From NCBI GenBank assembly GCA_964304625.1, contig OZ199839.1, positions 3,462,724 to 3,526,723 on the forward strand: a DNA stretch of 64,000 nucleotides. Reading direction: 5' to 3'. Source of the stretch: Kudoa neothunni. Lineage: Eukaryota; Animalia; Cnidaria. The translations under genes and the position numbers were made by a program. This document shows positions 51,371 to 64,000 of the stretch, piece after piece. Under the pieces are notes generated by a model. It did not search any database. It was not told the DNA's origin and saw only the letters and a program-made list of their open reading frames with translations. Numbering within the stretch: position 1 is the first letter of the stretch; each line of letters opens with the position of its first letter.

Positions 51371-54300
51371 CCTTCTGAACAAAATGGGGTGTATTTCGAC
51401 CCCACGCATGTAATACGGTCATTTTTTAAACATAAAAGGTTAGGTTAATTTGATTTTGACTTCATGTAATCTTCTATATTACAGAGATATTTAAGGAAAT
51501 GTAATAAGGTATTCGTATTTTAAAAAAGAAAAAAAATTAAATCAAAAACACCTAAATAAAAATGAGGTATAAATCGACCCCAGGTCTTTATGTTAAAATT
51601 GTTAGAAATACAAAATAATATTTATATTTGAAGTTTAAAGAAATTTAATCCGTAAAACATTGAATAAATAACCATATATTAGTGGTCACATTATATTCCG
51701 CACGCGTCATCATTTAAACTATGAGTTCTTCTTCTGATTAATGCGATAGTTGCTCCGATTTTGATGGTCTCGATATTGAAAATTCATTTCTTCATGAAAT
51801 CTCATCTGATGATGACATTTAATTGGTCACCTATTCCTTGCTTGACAAAAATGGGACGTTGAGGTCAGCTAATAAACCTATTATTTCAAGAACTTAATTA
51901 GAAAATATTTTGAATAATCGTCCTGATGTGTCACCTTTCGCTTTATTGAGAGTGACCAATTTAGGTGATACTTCCCGACTATTTTTGAATTAAGAAGTTT
52001 ACTATCTGATCCTAAAATTTACAAATTTATTTAGGGTTAATCACTTAGGCAGTAGTTGAAATAATTTAGATGAAACCGAATTTGAAGGTTATATTGGATG
52101 TCTGTTGTTAATGGTTATTCATAAAGATCGGCAGAAACCCATTGCGGATTTATTTGGAGTTGACGAAGGGCAGCAAATTTATAGAGGTCTTTTATATCTT
52201 AATAGAATCAGTCAAATTACAAGGGATCTCCACTTTGATGATCTGGGTACTCGATAACTGAGAAAAGAGGCTGATAAATTTTTCCATATTCGGGACGTCT
52301 GGACTATTTGGAGTGATTTGCTTTCACGTAGTTTCCGCCCATTTAAACAATACATGCCTATCAAAACAGCCAAATATGGCATTAGGTTATTTCTCGCAGT
52401 TGATCCTAGATAAACCTATGTGTATAATACCGACGTCTATTTGTGAAAGCAGAATCAACTAGGTAAAACGACAACAAACGTCGGAAAAACATAGTATTGA
52501 AGTTATCTAGCCCACTGCATGGTTGCATGGTTCTGGTCGGAATTTTGTTTATGATAACTTTTTCACTTCTGTGGAACTGGCAGACGAACTGCTAAGAATA
52601 AACTAATCTTATTTTGGACATTGAGATCTAATAAAAGATGAATTCCGCCATATTTAAGACCATTGAAAAATATTCCTGTCAATTCTCTTTTTATATTTGA
52701 TGGTAAAAGGATGGTTTTGAGGTATTTTCCTAAGAGAAACAAACCTGTGTATATGTTATGCACTTCTGCAACTAATGCCAACGTTTCCGAAGAAGATCCC
52801 TACAAACCTGATGTAATAATCCATTATAACTTTGCGAAGGGGGGAGTTGATACTATTTCTCGGTTACTTGCATCGATAAATGTAAGAGGACTCACTAGAC
52901 GCTGGCCCCTGATTGAATTCTTCAACATGGTTGATATTTCTTTGACAAATGGGGTTTAGGTTTATAAAGAAATATTTCAACAATCCAACATAAGTAGGAG
53001 AAATTATTTAAAAAGGATGGCTGAATAGTTGACTGGTGTTTTAAAAACGCGAAGAAAAGGAGACAATTCAGCTAGCATACTTGTGAATAACGCCTAAAAA
53101 ATTCGATTCAAAGGTGTCCATTGTGTGAAAAAAAATATCAAAGCCTCAGCAAAATGTCATAATTGTAACGCATCATGGTGTAGAAAACATTTTAAAACTG
53201 TTTGTTTGAATTTTTTATGATACTATTTCTGTTATTTAACATCTTGTCTCGTTTATATCGAGATAAAGTTTGTTTAATAATTTTTTAACCGTTTAGAATA
53301 TTAGAAATGAAGAAAAAACAAAATTTTAAGCGCATATACTGGCGTTTCCTTATTCTTGATATAATTAAATCATCAAAAACTTAATTTTTCCCATTAATCG
53401 CACACGCGCGATACGATGTTAGCAATTTTATTACGCTTTTTTTACAATACTTCGTCGATGGATATTGCTTAAAATTTGTATAAACAGTTTAATTTATATT
53501 TACTATGCAAATACTAAAAAAGAAGGTGGGGTCGAAATACACCCCAATTTTATTTGGAAGATGTAATTTTTCAAGCTACAGTCGAACCTGGATATTGCGT
53601 AATTTTTTTCCATTACCAAAAAATTTCGCAATATAGGGTATTGGCGCAAGAGCATTATGTATAAGAACAAAAATTTATTCTTGTTTAAAATAACTAGTAA
53701 TTTCCGTCTGTTTATGCCATTTTTAATTATGTCAGATATGAAATCCATAACTGGGTGCGTTGAAAATAATGCTGTTGGGTTTTCTTGCATAAAAGCTTTT
53801 TTGATTAAATTGATCGCTTGTTTAAGTTCCTAAGTTGACACAAGCATTTCATCTTTTACAAAATCCAGATCGACATCCTCTTTAGATTTATCGGTTTCGT
53901 GCGTTTCAGGTAAATCTATTGTTTCCTCGTGCACTTTTCCTCCTCTTCAATGTTGTTGATTTCGTCAAATTTTTTAAATAAAAAATAAGGTTGATGAAAA
54001 ATGTAAAAGTGTGACAAAATTTTCACCATCATTATCAGGAAAATCTTGAGGTAAGATTTCACCATCTAATAATTTTTAATGCAGGATTATAAAGGATGGA
54101 AATACAATGATCAAAAAGTCTAGATTTTCTGAAACAATTTTGAATAGTAATCGTAGATACGTTTTCCCGTGTCTGCTTCAAAGTTTTCATGTAGTCTAAA
54201 ACGGTATAATTAATCAAATTTGAAGTGCTGTCTTCAGATAATTGATAGTTTGTCAAAATTTTACGATACTGTTATTTTAAACTGCGTATGACACCAAAGT

Positions 54301-55516
54301 TCATTGGTTGTGGTACACTTGTGGTGTTTTTAGGTAAAAATACCAGTTTAACATTTTCAAATTCATGAAGGTTTTGTGGATGCACAGGGCACTGATCCAA
54401 TAATATTAGAACTTTCCTTTTTTCTTCTTGGAATTTTTTATCATGGATTTAAGGACATCGTAAAAAATTTCAGAAGACATCCAAGCATTTTTATTGTGCA
54501 TAATTTTTCAAAGGAAGTGGCTCTGATGTATTTAAACACCTGGATTTTTGATACTTCCCTATTACAATAAGTGGGAATTTTTCCGCTATTAAAGACGCAG
54601 ACACAAGAACGGTAACCCTTTTCTTGGATCGTTTCATTCCTTTTACGTCGGATTTGTCATTTGGAGTATACGTGTGTAAGAGTAACTGTTCATAAAAAAG
54701 AGACGTTTCATCCATATTTATTATGCATTTTTTGTATCCTTGTGAGATTTCTGGAAATTTAACCAAAAAATCCAGTACAGTTTGATTATTCACATTGCTG
54801 GCTTCACCGTGTAATTTTTTTATAATGAATACAGTATCTATTTTTAAATCCCGCGAACCAACCACTACTACCGGCAAATTCATCAAGCCCTATAGATTTA
54901 GCGATACTTTTGGCCTTTTCAACAATCAAGTATGCAGGGACAATCTTCTTCTGATTTCGCATTTTAGTAATCCACACATAGAGTAAATTGTCCAGCTCCC
55001 TGTATTTGCCTTCTTTCATTATTTTTCTTGAAGCCGAAACCGTAGAATTAATAATATCATTTTGAGCAGCTAAAATCCTATCAAGTGTAGAGCGCCCTGC
55101 AAATATACTTTAATGGGGTTAGATAATTTTATATTACTAGATAGCTTGAAATATTTAACAGTCATTGCTTTTGCTCCTTTAAGAGATTAATGGAATTATA
55201 GTATTGGATAATTTCAATTTTTTCAGCTACCGTTCGCTGGTTCCTTGCCATTTTTGTTTCGCAGAATTCGAAAAGAAGATTAAGCGGGAATTAAACTAAA
55301 CAAAATGTTACGCAATAGAGAGATTTTAGTTTTAGCGCAATATCTTAAATTTTTACTTCGTTAGTAGCAACTTTTTATCTTAGCTTGCTTTGTTAACATC
55401 TATTTAAATAGTATATACGCAATGTTTAATTAAAAAAATCTAAGATATACGTTATATTTCAATAAACTTGTGAAATTACGCAATATCCAGGTTCGACTAT
55501 ATTTATATTTAGAAGG
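51371..55516 (+). mobile_element. piggyBac with decayed transposase (51721-~53220) and a Tigger nested in its right-end spacer
   Basis: TGAA|CCTTCTGAACAAAATGGGGTGTATTTCGACCCCA ... TGGGGTCGAAATACACCCCAATTTTATTTGGAAG-spacer[Tigger]-TTTAGAAGG|TTAA; RPFKQYMPIKTAKYGIRLF and KPDVIIHYNFAKGGVDTI..RRWPL motifs. Confidence 0.9.
53579..55499 (-). mobile_element. Near full-length pogo/Tigger transposon with pseudogenised transposase (ATG at 55251)
   Basis: TA|CAGTCGAACCTGGATATTGCGTAATTT ... AAATTACGCAATATCCAGGTTCGACTA|TA; CENP-B HTH (ELDNLLYVWI..EKAKSIA..GSSGWFAGFKNR); DDE motifs NMDETSLFY, SKKRVTVL and PLIVIGKYQKSRC. Confidence 0.93.
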
Positions 55517-56381
55517 TTAAGTAACATCAACATTAGATAACGTCAATTTTTACATAATGCGGCTTCTTGCACACTCAAGAATTCCTAAAAAATTATATTG
55601 ATATGAGCTATTAAAATCAGTTAAGATGTTGGCAGAAATGCTTAAAATATTTTAGGGAATATGTAATTAACAACTATTTATAAAATTATTTTCATTCTCT
55701 GTCTTTAACTACTCGTTTATCTTATAGAGATGTAACCTAGTAATACTTAAATAAGTATACAACCTTAAAGTAGATATGGATTCAGCTCACAAGTTAATGG
55801 AGTAAACTTAGAAAAACCGTTGAGCAGCCTGGACCCTGGATTGTTAGATAAATACATAATGAAACAATAATGCTGAATAATATCCCGACAGAGAGCGGGT
55901 TACTTGATTGAATTAATAAAGAATAGACCGACCCTTAAAAATGCAAACCGAACTCCCAATAAAATACAGAAATTTAAGTCAGCAACATCACATTTTAAAA
56001 AGATACATTTTCATCATTAATTCATTACAAAATTTGCCTCCATTATCAAATTTTCTCTGCCTAGAAAAAAATCGAAATGTAGACATATCCCCCAAAGAAA
56101 TCCCGATTATCGTTGATTCACTGTATTTTAATTTTAAAACATGCCAGATTCTTAAAATTTAAGTAATTTCCAATTATTTACAAATTTTTGTAGGTAAAAA
56201 TCTTTTATTAAAAAAACGAATTTTATATAAAGTATTCGGAGAATTTTTCATTTTTCATTCACTCGTCCTCGGACACCAAAGTTTAATTCTCGACAAATTT
56301 TCAAAATCATACGCATATATGGAAAAATATATACACACGAATAATTTATAATTTTAATTATTCAAATGTTGATTTTTCGTT

Positions 56382-56393
56382 TGCGCGTGCGCA
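56382..56393. promoter_or_regulatory. NRF-1-like site TGCGCGTGCGCA, 15 bp upstream of the SMARCD ATG
   Basis: One mismatch to TGCGCATGCGCA; nearly the same ATG-proximal spacing as at PPIG (13 bp). Confidence 0.5.
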
Positions 56394-56408
56394 ATAATTC
56401 CACTACTA

Positions 56409-58170
56409 ATGAAAAGATCTTCCGCTAGGTGATTTAAATATTTTTTGTATATTTATAACGATGTTTTAGTTTTTCTCGTAGTAATATACATGGAAAAGTA
56501 AACACAATAACTTTGTCTTTTCAAAATAAATATGTATCTATGTTTCTAGTTGTCTAAGATAACCGGTTTGTGTCCGGAGATGAGCTTATTCAATGTCCTC
56601 TACTCGAAAGAGCAAGCCATTGATAATGTATTAACTAGAAAGGCTTGTATCTATAAACGTGAACTCGGAAACAGAGGATTCGAATTGAATTTAATGAGAA
56701 TTCAGGTGATATCCACTTTTGGTTACGAACCACCCATTCCTGATAATACTTCTGTAAATGAAAATTTGGATGCAACAGCTGATAGAAATTATAACCTAAA
56801 TCAATCTTCTGAATTGCCTCAATGGAACACTGCTTCCGAGTCTCCAAATACATGGTATCTAACCATTCGAAGTAAATGGAGTTGAATAAAAAACCAACAG
56901 AGAACCTAACCAATCTGATATGTAGATTTTTTGTTGGATCCCATCTCTCATAATGACATAAAAGCGTTTGGGTCAATTCAACCTGATCAAACAGGTAAAA
57001 TTTAAGTATCCACTCAGGTGCGCCCTTCTGACAACCAAATATAGATACCAATTGTTCGGAAGAAACATCTCTCAGGGATATGTTCAGTTCAATCTATATA
57101 TTTAGAGATGAAGAACAAACTATACTAAAATCCACCATGTATGTGAAAGACAAGAACAACCAATCTCCACCAATAATATCATCCAATGCTACCTACTCTC
57201 CAGAGGGAGGATTCCGCGTTAAATTCCCCCTCAATAGCGAACAACCCACCCTAAGATATAAAATTGTTTGCAGTTTGAACCAATTCACTACTCAATATAA
57301 ACTTAATTCTGAGTTGGCAACAGTTATCGGTTGTAATGGTGGATCTTTTCCACGTATACTTTGCTCCTTATACAATTACATCCATTGCAATAATCTACTG
57401 TCTGAAAATGATATGTGTTTGGTGATGTGCGATGATAAACTGAAAAGGGTTGGTTTCTCTTGATGGCTACCAAACAACAATTTCAATTGCCAATTGTTTG
57501 TAGGTGTTTGCGACAGATCAATTTTATTTGAAAGATGTCGTGGTTATGTTACCAAAATTTTTCGAAAGACCCGATCCTATCATTATCAAAAATGTGTTGG
57601 CCAACCCTGCTTTTTTCCCAGCCAATACTAACAATCAATCCAACACAGGCGACAATCAATTCAATAGACCCCCTTATTTTCATGAGGAGTTCGTGCCCGT
57701 TGAAGTAACCGATTGGGTAGGTTGATACTGTTCTGATCTATGTCTAAGGTGCCCACATGCTACAATCATTACTTGAAACGAATTGTTGATGTTTTCGGAC
57801 CAAGACTCACTATTGATGATGCAATTTCTTCATTTAAATCTGATTCAGCCCAGGAGAACCAAAACAAAATAACCGCTAACGATGAGGACAATAGTAGAAT
57901 GATCACGCTCCACGAAGAAATCAATCATCTAATCAATGAATGTGTAGAAATCAGCGGCAAAATAGAGCATCTTAATAGATTTGTTAAAAACCCTCGGATA
58001 CAATTAATTGACAACTTTAAAGTGAGTTTATTTTCTCCAAAATAATTTGTTCTTATTTCATGATTAAGATATGTGAATATGAGTCAGATAAGACTTTATC
58101 GTCAAATTTCACCCTTGACAACACCACTCGCCTACTCATGGATAGTATCGTTAAGAGTGGTCAGACATAA
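56409..58170 (+). CDS. SMARCD: SWI/SNF subunit BAF60 (SMARCD1/2/3 family, SWIB domain), multi-exon
   Basis: PEMSLFNVLYSKEQAIDNVLTRK, MRIQVISTF, WYLTI, GFRVK, QYKLNSELATVIG..PRILCSLYNYIHCNNLL..VMCDDKLKR|VF..PDPIII, followed by a C-terminal coiled coil. Confidence 0.85.
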
Positions 58171-59088
58171 ACCTTGTTAATTTTATTTAACTCAACCTTG
58201 TTTTTCTTTTTGTATTTATCTTTTCTTGAGCATGAGCTTTATTACCTAAAATCATTTTTTCTAAGTAATTCAGTTAAATACAGAAGGTGTTAAGAAATTA
58301 GTCATTTCTTTTGGAGTGAAAAAATATTATGAATTTCAGGCGAGCAACGCAGAATTCGTAGTATATGTGACGTTTGTATCTCGTATTAAGGTTCTAGACT
58401 ATTATTATTTAATTTTTATAGAAAAATTAATTATTTTCCAGCTTTTAAATCATTAAAGTTTCTATTATAGAAATCGTGACAAATTTTTACAATATATGTA
58501 GGCATAAATTAATTTTATATGCACACTTAATAATGCGTACATCAATAATCCGTCCTTGCATTTTTGTAATTTTATTTTACAAAATAAAGATGATTATGCG
58601 CTAAACTTGTTTTCTATCTGTGGAAATCATGGATTTATGGTTTTTCAGGAAATACCAAAAATTTATTATCATAACAAGGGGAGGTTCGATGAAGATTTTA
58701 TATGGCTCTAAGAAATCGATTATAGTGAAAATCTATCATGAAATCACAAATTTCAACAATCCTTCCTAAATATACCACAAAAATGGTAAAAATGCTTATA
58801 TCTTCCTTCTCAATAACAATGATACAATTAATTATCATTAAAATGGAATTATCAGAGTTGGATTTTATCTGAATGTCATTTTTAATTATGTTTATTGAAC
58901 GCTGTGGAAAGCAGAGCAATTTAAAACCCAACCGCCCAAATAGTATACGACATATATCTAATCACGACGCAAAATTTATCAAAATTAAAAAGCACATAAA
59001 GACAAGATTATATTAATTCAAAAATAACGACGAGAAAAAATAAAATGCAGATAGTTAATGCTGAACGTCAAACGTCCTCTTCGTCAGG

Positions 59089-60126
59089 TTAGTCAGGTGA
59101 GTGATTTCTCGACGCGCAACAGAGAATCAATCCCAGAGGTTGTAAACAGAACCCTAAAAAGGATACAATCGAGCCAACACCAACATTGAAGGTATAACGT
59201 GCTTCAGCCATTACAGCTATTTGAGGCAGCACAACAAATAACAGCGTAACCAACACTATAATTCCATTTATTCACTATCCAATTAAATACCATTTACAAT
59301 TCATCCCTAGATTCACACAGTATATAGCATAGATATTCTGCCAGAATATATGGCTAAGAAGTGACGCAAATATAACTATCATGTCCAAAATATTGATTAG
59401 CATAATCATTAGAAGAAATAGCAATAAGGACGTTGGCTTCCTTACAACTAGATTATAAATCATTAGTAGATTTAGCTCTTCAACCTAACATACCTGTGTT
59501 GCCAGTCCACGATAAAATGACACAACTCTTTGACATAGCTAGACAAATAAAAACAAGTGAGATAATTTATATTTACTAAATTTTGGGATGTTCTCTACAA
59601 AATAAACTTAGCCACAATCACATGTAAAATGGTAAGGTACCCAAGGTTCTATTTTTCAATATTTCATCGGCTTTCTTACTCAACACACCTAAACTTAGAC
59701 ACATTGATATCTGTCTGTAGGAGCAAGAGTATTACGGGAGTATTTGAAAGCTTCTGAGATAGTGGTGGCTAAAATCGATTATACATACAAATACGGCAAC
59801 TGGGTGAAAAATCAATTACAGTATCTTAGATAGGCCAGCTCATTATAGCATTTGATTGTATCATCAGTCTTTCTCAACAAACAACCACCCAATAAACCAG
59901 ATATTATTGTATAGTTTTGAGCGTTTTCCGGGTGACTACTCACAGGATACTTCCCCAGATTGAGCGATAAATAATTGCTTGAATGGAATGCAACCAATAT
60001 CAGAACGTATCCTGCAATGTATAATGTACTGCCGCTCAACCTTAAAACAACCAATTTATGTCTACTTTTAGCCGTTCCCACCATAACGTACAATAATATC
60101 AATTCTGTTGATCTTCTAGTACTCAT
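59089..60126 (-). CDS. Claudin/PMP22/EMP-superfamily-like tetraspan membrane protein, ~7 exons
   Basis: TM1 (LYIAGYVLILVAF), then SGLLGGC-X10-C resembling the claudin GLWxxC..C signature, a long first loop, TM2 (SLLLFLLMIMLINILDMIVIFASLL), TM3 (LLVTLLFVVLPQIAV) and TM4 (VGVGSIVSFLGFCLQPLGLILCC). Confidence 0.6.
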
Positions 60127-61996
60127 ACCTCACTTTAAGTAATTAGCGACCGTACTTTGATTGAAGCTAAAGTTTTTCCGAAAGGTTTACACTAGCTTAA
60201 TTCTAAGAAAAAAAAGGGTAATTATAGTCCTTTCAACCCGTCTTATCTGGTCTACGTTTCAAATATTAGATCATTGTCGGAATGACGGAAAATAATACGT
60301 ACACTCTGTTTAACTATACAATGTATCGACAATGTAATAAATTGTCCTAGTTTAACTTTTCTCCTTATTTCTAACAAAAATACTAGTTTTTATCCAAATG
60401 TTTATTTCTCATTTAATATATTTAAAATAAAGAAAATAAAGTGTATTTTTTATAATAAAAACAGTGACAAACTTGACCATTGATAGTTAAATGAAACGGT
60501 TCTTATCTAAAGCCTTGTCTTTCGTAAGATCATACTAACTATGCATGCATCTGATAACATATTTATAGTCGAACAGTTTTTTCTGATGGACTATACCTAT
60601 GATTTTTAATCATAGATCCGGTCTATTGCATCTCCAAACAATTATTTTTTTGGAGACTAAAGATTTAAACTCCAAATTAATTTTATAATCCTTTGATATT
60701 GAAGCGGGCTATTATTAAATAAACCTATTTATTTTCGTGAGCCATATTTTTGCAACAGTTATGATCGGTTTACCTTAAATGTTAGTCATGATTATTCTCT
60801 CATCAGCCGCAAAACGTCACTGACCTGTCAATGTCTACTGGCCAAAAATATAAGGAGAGGATTTGTCGATAATAATTCCAAAAGTGTAGAATCTCTTAAA
60901 TAACATATTTAATAAATAGTGATCTTTTAATAGTATTAAAATTATTTATATTCACCGCCTTGTATATTATGCTGAGCTACTGTTGATATTTTATTTGTGT
61001 TGTTGACAAAAAGAAACGGCTATTATTTATGATCTAATTTTTTACAATTTTATCCGCTTTAAAAATGATTGAGTTTTAATAAAAAAGCTTCTCAAAATGT
61101 GTTTATACTTTAAAATAATTTTTTACATATTTTGAACAGTTTGTTGGAAAACAAAGCAACTGTAATACATATCCATAATATTGCCAGATATGAGGGTAAC
61201 GCTTAATTTCACAAATTAATCATAAATCAGTTTTTACTGGCGGCGACAAAGTTTAATGTTCAATTAAATTCTAATGTTATAAGTAAAAGAATCAATGTAT
61301 ATTTATAATTAAATATCTTGATGTATATCTTCTATCATATATGTTTTAGTTTACATTATCTAATTCTATAATTCATGTTGAAAAAATAAGATCGGTAAAT
61401 TATTTATCCAATAGCAACGGTGTATTTTTCCAAACAAATACGAATTTATTAAATTTTTTTGATTATGGCCTTTGAAATTAATTTCTGATTTGTTTTAGAA
61501 AATAATAGCAAGATCAACTTGAGTAAATAAACTGAAAACTGTTCGGTTTTTAAACTGATGGTCTCTTATGGAAACTTGGGAAGTGCAAATATTATATAAC
61601 TTTCTAGTAATAAGGAGAACTTTCAATAATACCGGGTTTCACTCCCAATTTCGGAAATGACGACAATCGATTTCGGGAACTTCATAAAAAATAATATAAA
61701 ATAAAATTATAAAAAAATAATTAGCATTATTCTCTAACTATATTTTCAATACGATGGAATTTTACATTACTCTTTACTACGATAAATGCGACATCCCCAC
61801 TAACAGATTTTATCCTATTAAGGAAGTCTTGGACGACATCAGTACTTATTACCTAAAACTTATTTCGCATAGAACAGCTCCCATTGCAGAAACATCTAAA
61901 ATCATACAAACGTTTTGTCCCCCGCTATTCTGCACAATAGAAATTGATGTAACATCCCTAAATGTCTGGGCGTGAGAGCAGTTCTTGTAAGATTAA

Positions 61997-64000
61997 CCTT
62001 CCAAGAGCCTGAAAATCGACTATACACATTCCTTCTTTTGGGGTCCAATGGACCCCACATTTTTTTAATTTGGATTATGTGGAAAAATGTAATAAGTAAT
62101 TTACTAAAATGTGAGAGAACATTATCGACAAAATAGTGAAAATTGTCACAATTATAACATCGCCGTTTGTTAACGATCATTGCCGAAATATTTAAAAGGC
62201 TAACTCAGAGGTCGGCAACCTGTGATTCCCCATCTTAAGTGCATAATATAAACTACAATATCTAAGGTTACAACGCGAAGATATTATATAATGATTAGTT
62301 GCCGAACTCATTATTACGTTCAAATTTTGAATTTTCATGAGGCAAATCATTTTTTAATGGAAATATATGGGTATTGAAAGAATGTATGGTACTCCAATTT
62401 CACCAACTTGAACTAATTATCTTAATTTGAAACTTAAAAGTTAAATATAGAAAGAAAAGATTCAGAAAAAAGACTAATAACTTATAAATATTAAAAATTC
62501 ATCATAGAACATTGTCCTATGCATATGCAATAATTAACGAGGCAAAATAACTCTAAATATTCTCAATTTTGTCTATGTTTTTAAATAAAAAAATAATTTT
62601 TTGTCACCATTTAAAGTTTTTCGAATATTATACAACATACATCTTATTTGTCTATATGCACAGCTTTTTTAAACTTTAAATTAGACTCATAAAAGTGTTG
62701 ATAGTTTTTCCAATTTAAAAATTGTATTGAATCAACTTTTTTATATAAAAAAGTAGTTGTACTTACATTTTCATTAAATTTTATCCATTCAAAAGAATTC
62801 TCTTGTAATATTAAACGTTCTTTAGTTTTAATTCGAAGACGACCCCATATAAAATGTAAAATATCGTTGAAATAATCAAATTCAGGAAAATACTCATGAA
62901 AGTAATTCTTACAATTTTAAAAGGTTAAATTATATGGTTTAAATTTCCTTTTTGTTGACAATAATATTCAAGAAAGTGAATTTTATATCGTATATTTGTT
63001 GTATAGAGGACATTGGTAAAATTTCTGATTCATCATAATGGAAATTTTCGAAAATGGGATTATAATATTATTTGAAGTAATCAGACAAATTCAAGTGCAT
63101 ACTATTTATAATTTTATTATTTTCCTTCATTAAAATACTAATAATAAAAATAATAGGTTGATTAGTTATAGAAAAATGCGTAAATAGACTAATTGGATAA
63201 TTTTCTCCATATTTTTATGAAATGTATGTATACATGATTTCAAAGTTAAATATTTTGATTTTGAAATCTAAATTTAATGTGAGGTTCCGGAAGTAGAAAA
63301 TTTTTCCCCGCCATCAATAATTGGCTCTTCTGGTCATATCGGTTGCCGACCCCTGGGTTAACTTAGGCGTCTAATTTAACAAGTTTATTTTTTAATTTAA
63401 TGGGGTTAAATAAAAATTTATATCATCGCACATTAACGAAAGCCTTAAAAATTGTTTCGTTTATAATTAATTTCTTAATAATCACGCCCAATAAAACAAA
63501 CAATACATATTGTTTCAAAGTAGATAAAATACGAGATACTTATATTATTTTAGTTTGTAATGTTACAACATATCACCCAAACAACGTTTGAATTGCTTTT
63601 ATTACAATCGGTTCCGCAAACATAAATAAAGGTCCTCGCATCTTTGTCTCAAGATCATGAACAATAACAGCAACATTCACAATAAGAAAATTTGAGCTAA
63701 TATAATTTATATTGTAAAATTATCATATAGACAAGGATTAAAATATAAGACAACAACTGTTGGTTGAATTGCCAACTTATCAAACAATGCTGACAATTAT
63801 AATTGTCAGGCTTGTTAGTATTTGAGTTAACAGCTGAGAAAAAGACTTATCTTAAAATATGAGGAATGTATCAACTAAGAAATTTATTCTTGTTTGGGCG
63901 TAAGAATGTGAAGTTTGAGATTTTGAAAAATATTTCGTTTAGAGATATTACTTATTTGAAGTTTCTCAGAAAACCTATTAACTCCAGTCTTATATTCGTA
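61997..64000 (-). mobile_element. piggyBac 3' end continuing beyond the window, interrupted by a hAT
   Basis: TTAA|CCTTCCAAGAGCC-spacer-TTTTGGGGTCCAATGGACCCC, similar to 31096; Cys-rich C-terminal remnant on the minus strand at ~63610-63680. Confidence 0.6.
62206..63355. mobile_element. hAT (Buster-type) non-autonomous element
   Basis: TIRs CAGAGGTCGGCAACC / GGTTGCCGACCCCTG; 8-bp TSD GGCTAACT/GGTTAACT. Confidence 0.88.

Overview
AT-rich eukaryotic (animal) genomic DNA with mostly very short GT-AG introns (about 30-90 nt) and strongly diverged proteins. A minicollagen-type Cys-rich C-terminus, a ~241-aa tropomyosin and the compact introns point to a cnidarian, most plausibly a myxozoan parasite (inference). 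I reconstructed nine spliced host genes by hand: tropomyosin, GDP-fucose transporter (SLC35C1), two convergent synaptophysin-like genes, CstF-77 (CSTF3) head-to-head with an RS-cyclophilin (PPIG-like) across a 127-bp gap containing a perfect NRF-1 palindrome, an orphan secreted Cys/Gln/Met-rich protein, SMARCD/BAF60 and a claudin-like tetraspan. The intergenic space and two unusually long introns are filled with decayed DNA transposons of five superfamilies (piggyBac, hAT, pogo/Tigger, Mutator, Helitron), many nested in or near each other's termini. The most interesting object is the orphan gene at 46878-49416 (-). It encodes a signal peptide, a Lys/His-rich domain, a (M[Q/H]PNQQ)n repeat, about 12 CxxΦΦxxC modules on phase-0 exons and a terminal nematocyst-type CRD, making it a candidate polar-capsule/nematocyst structural or elastomeric protein. 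All exon structures and family assignments come from manual reading; no database searches were run.
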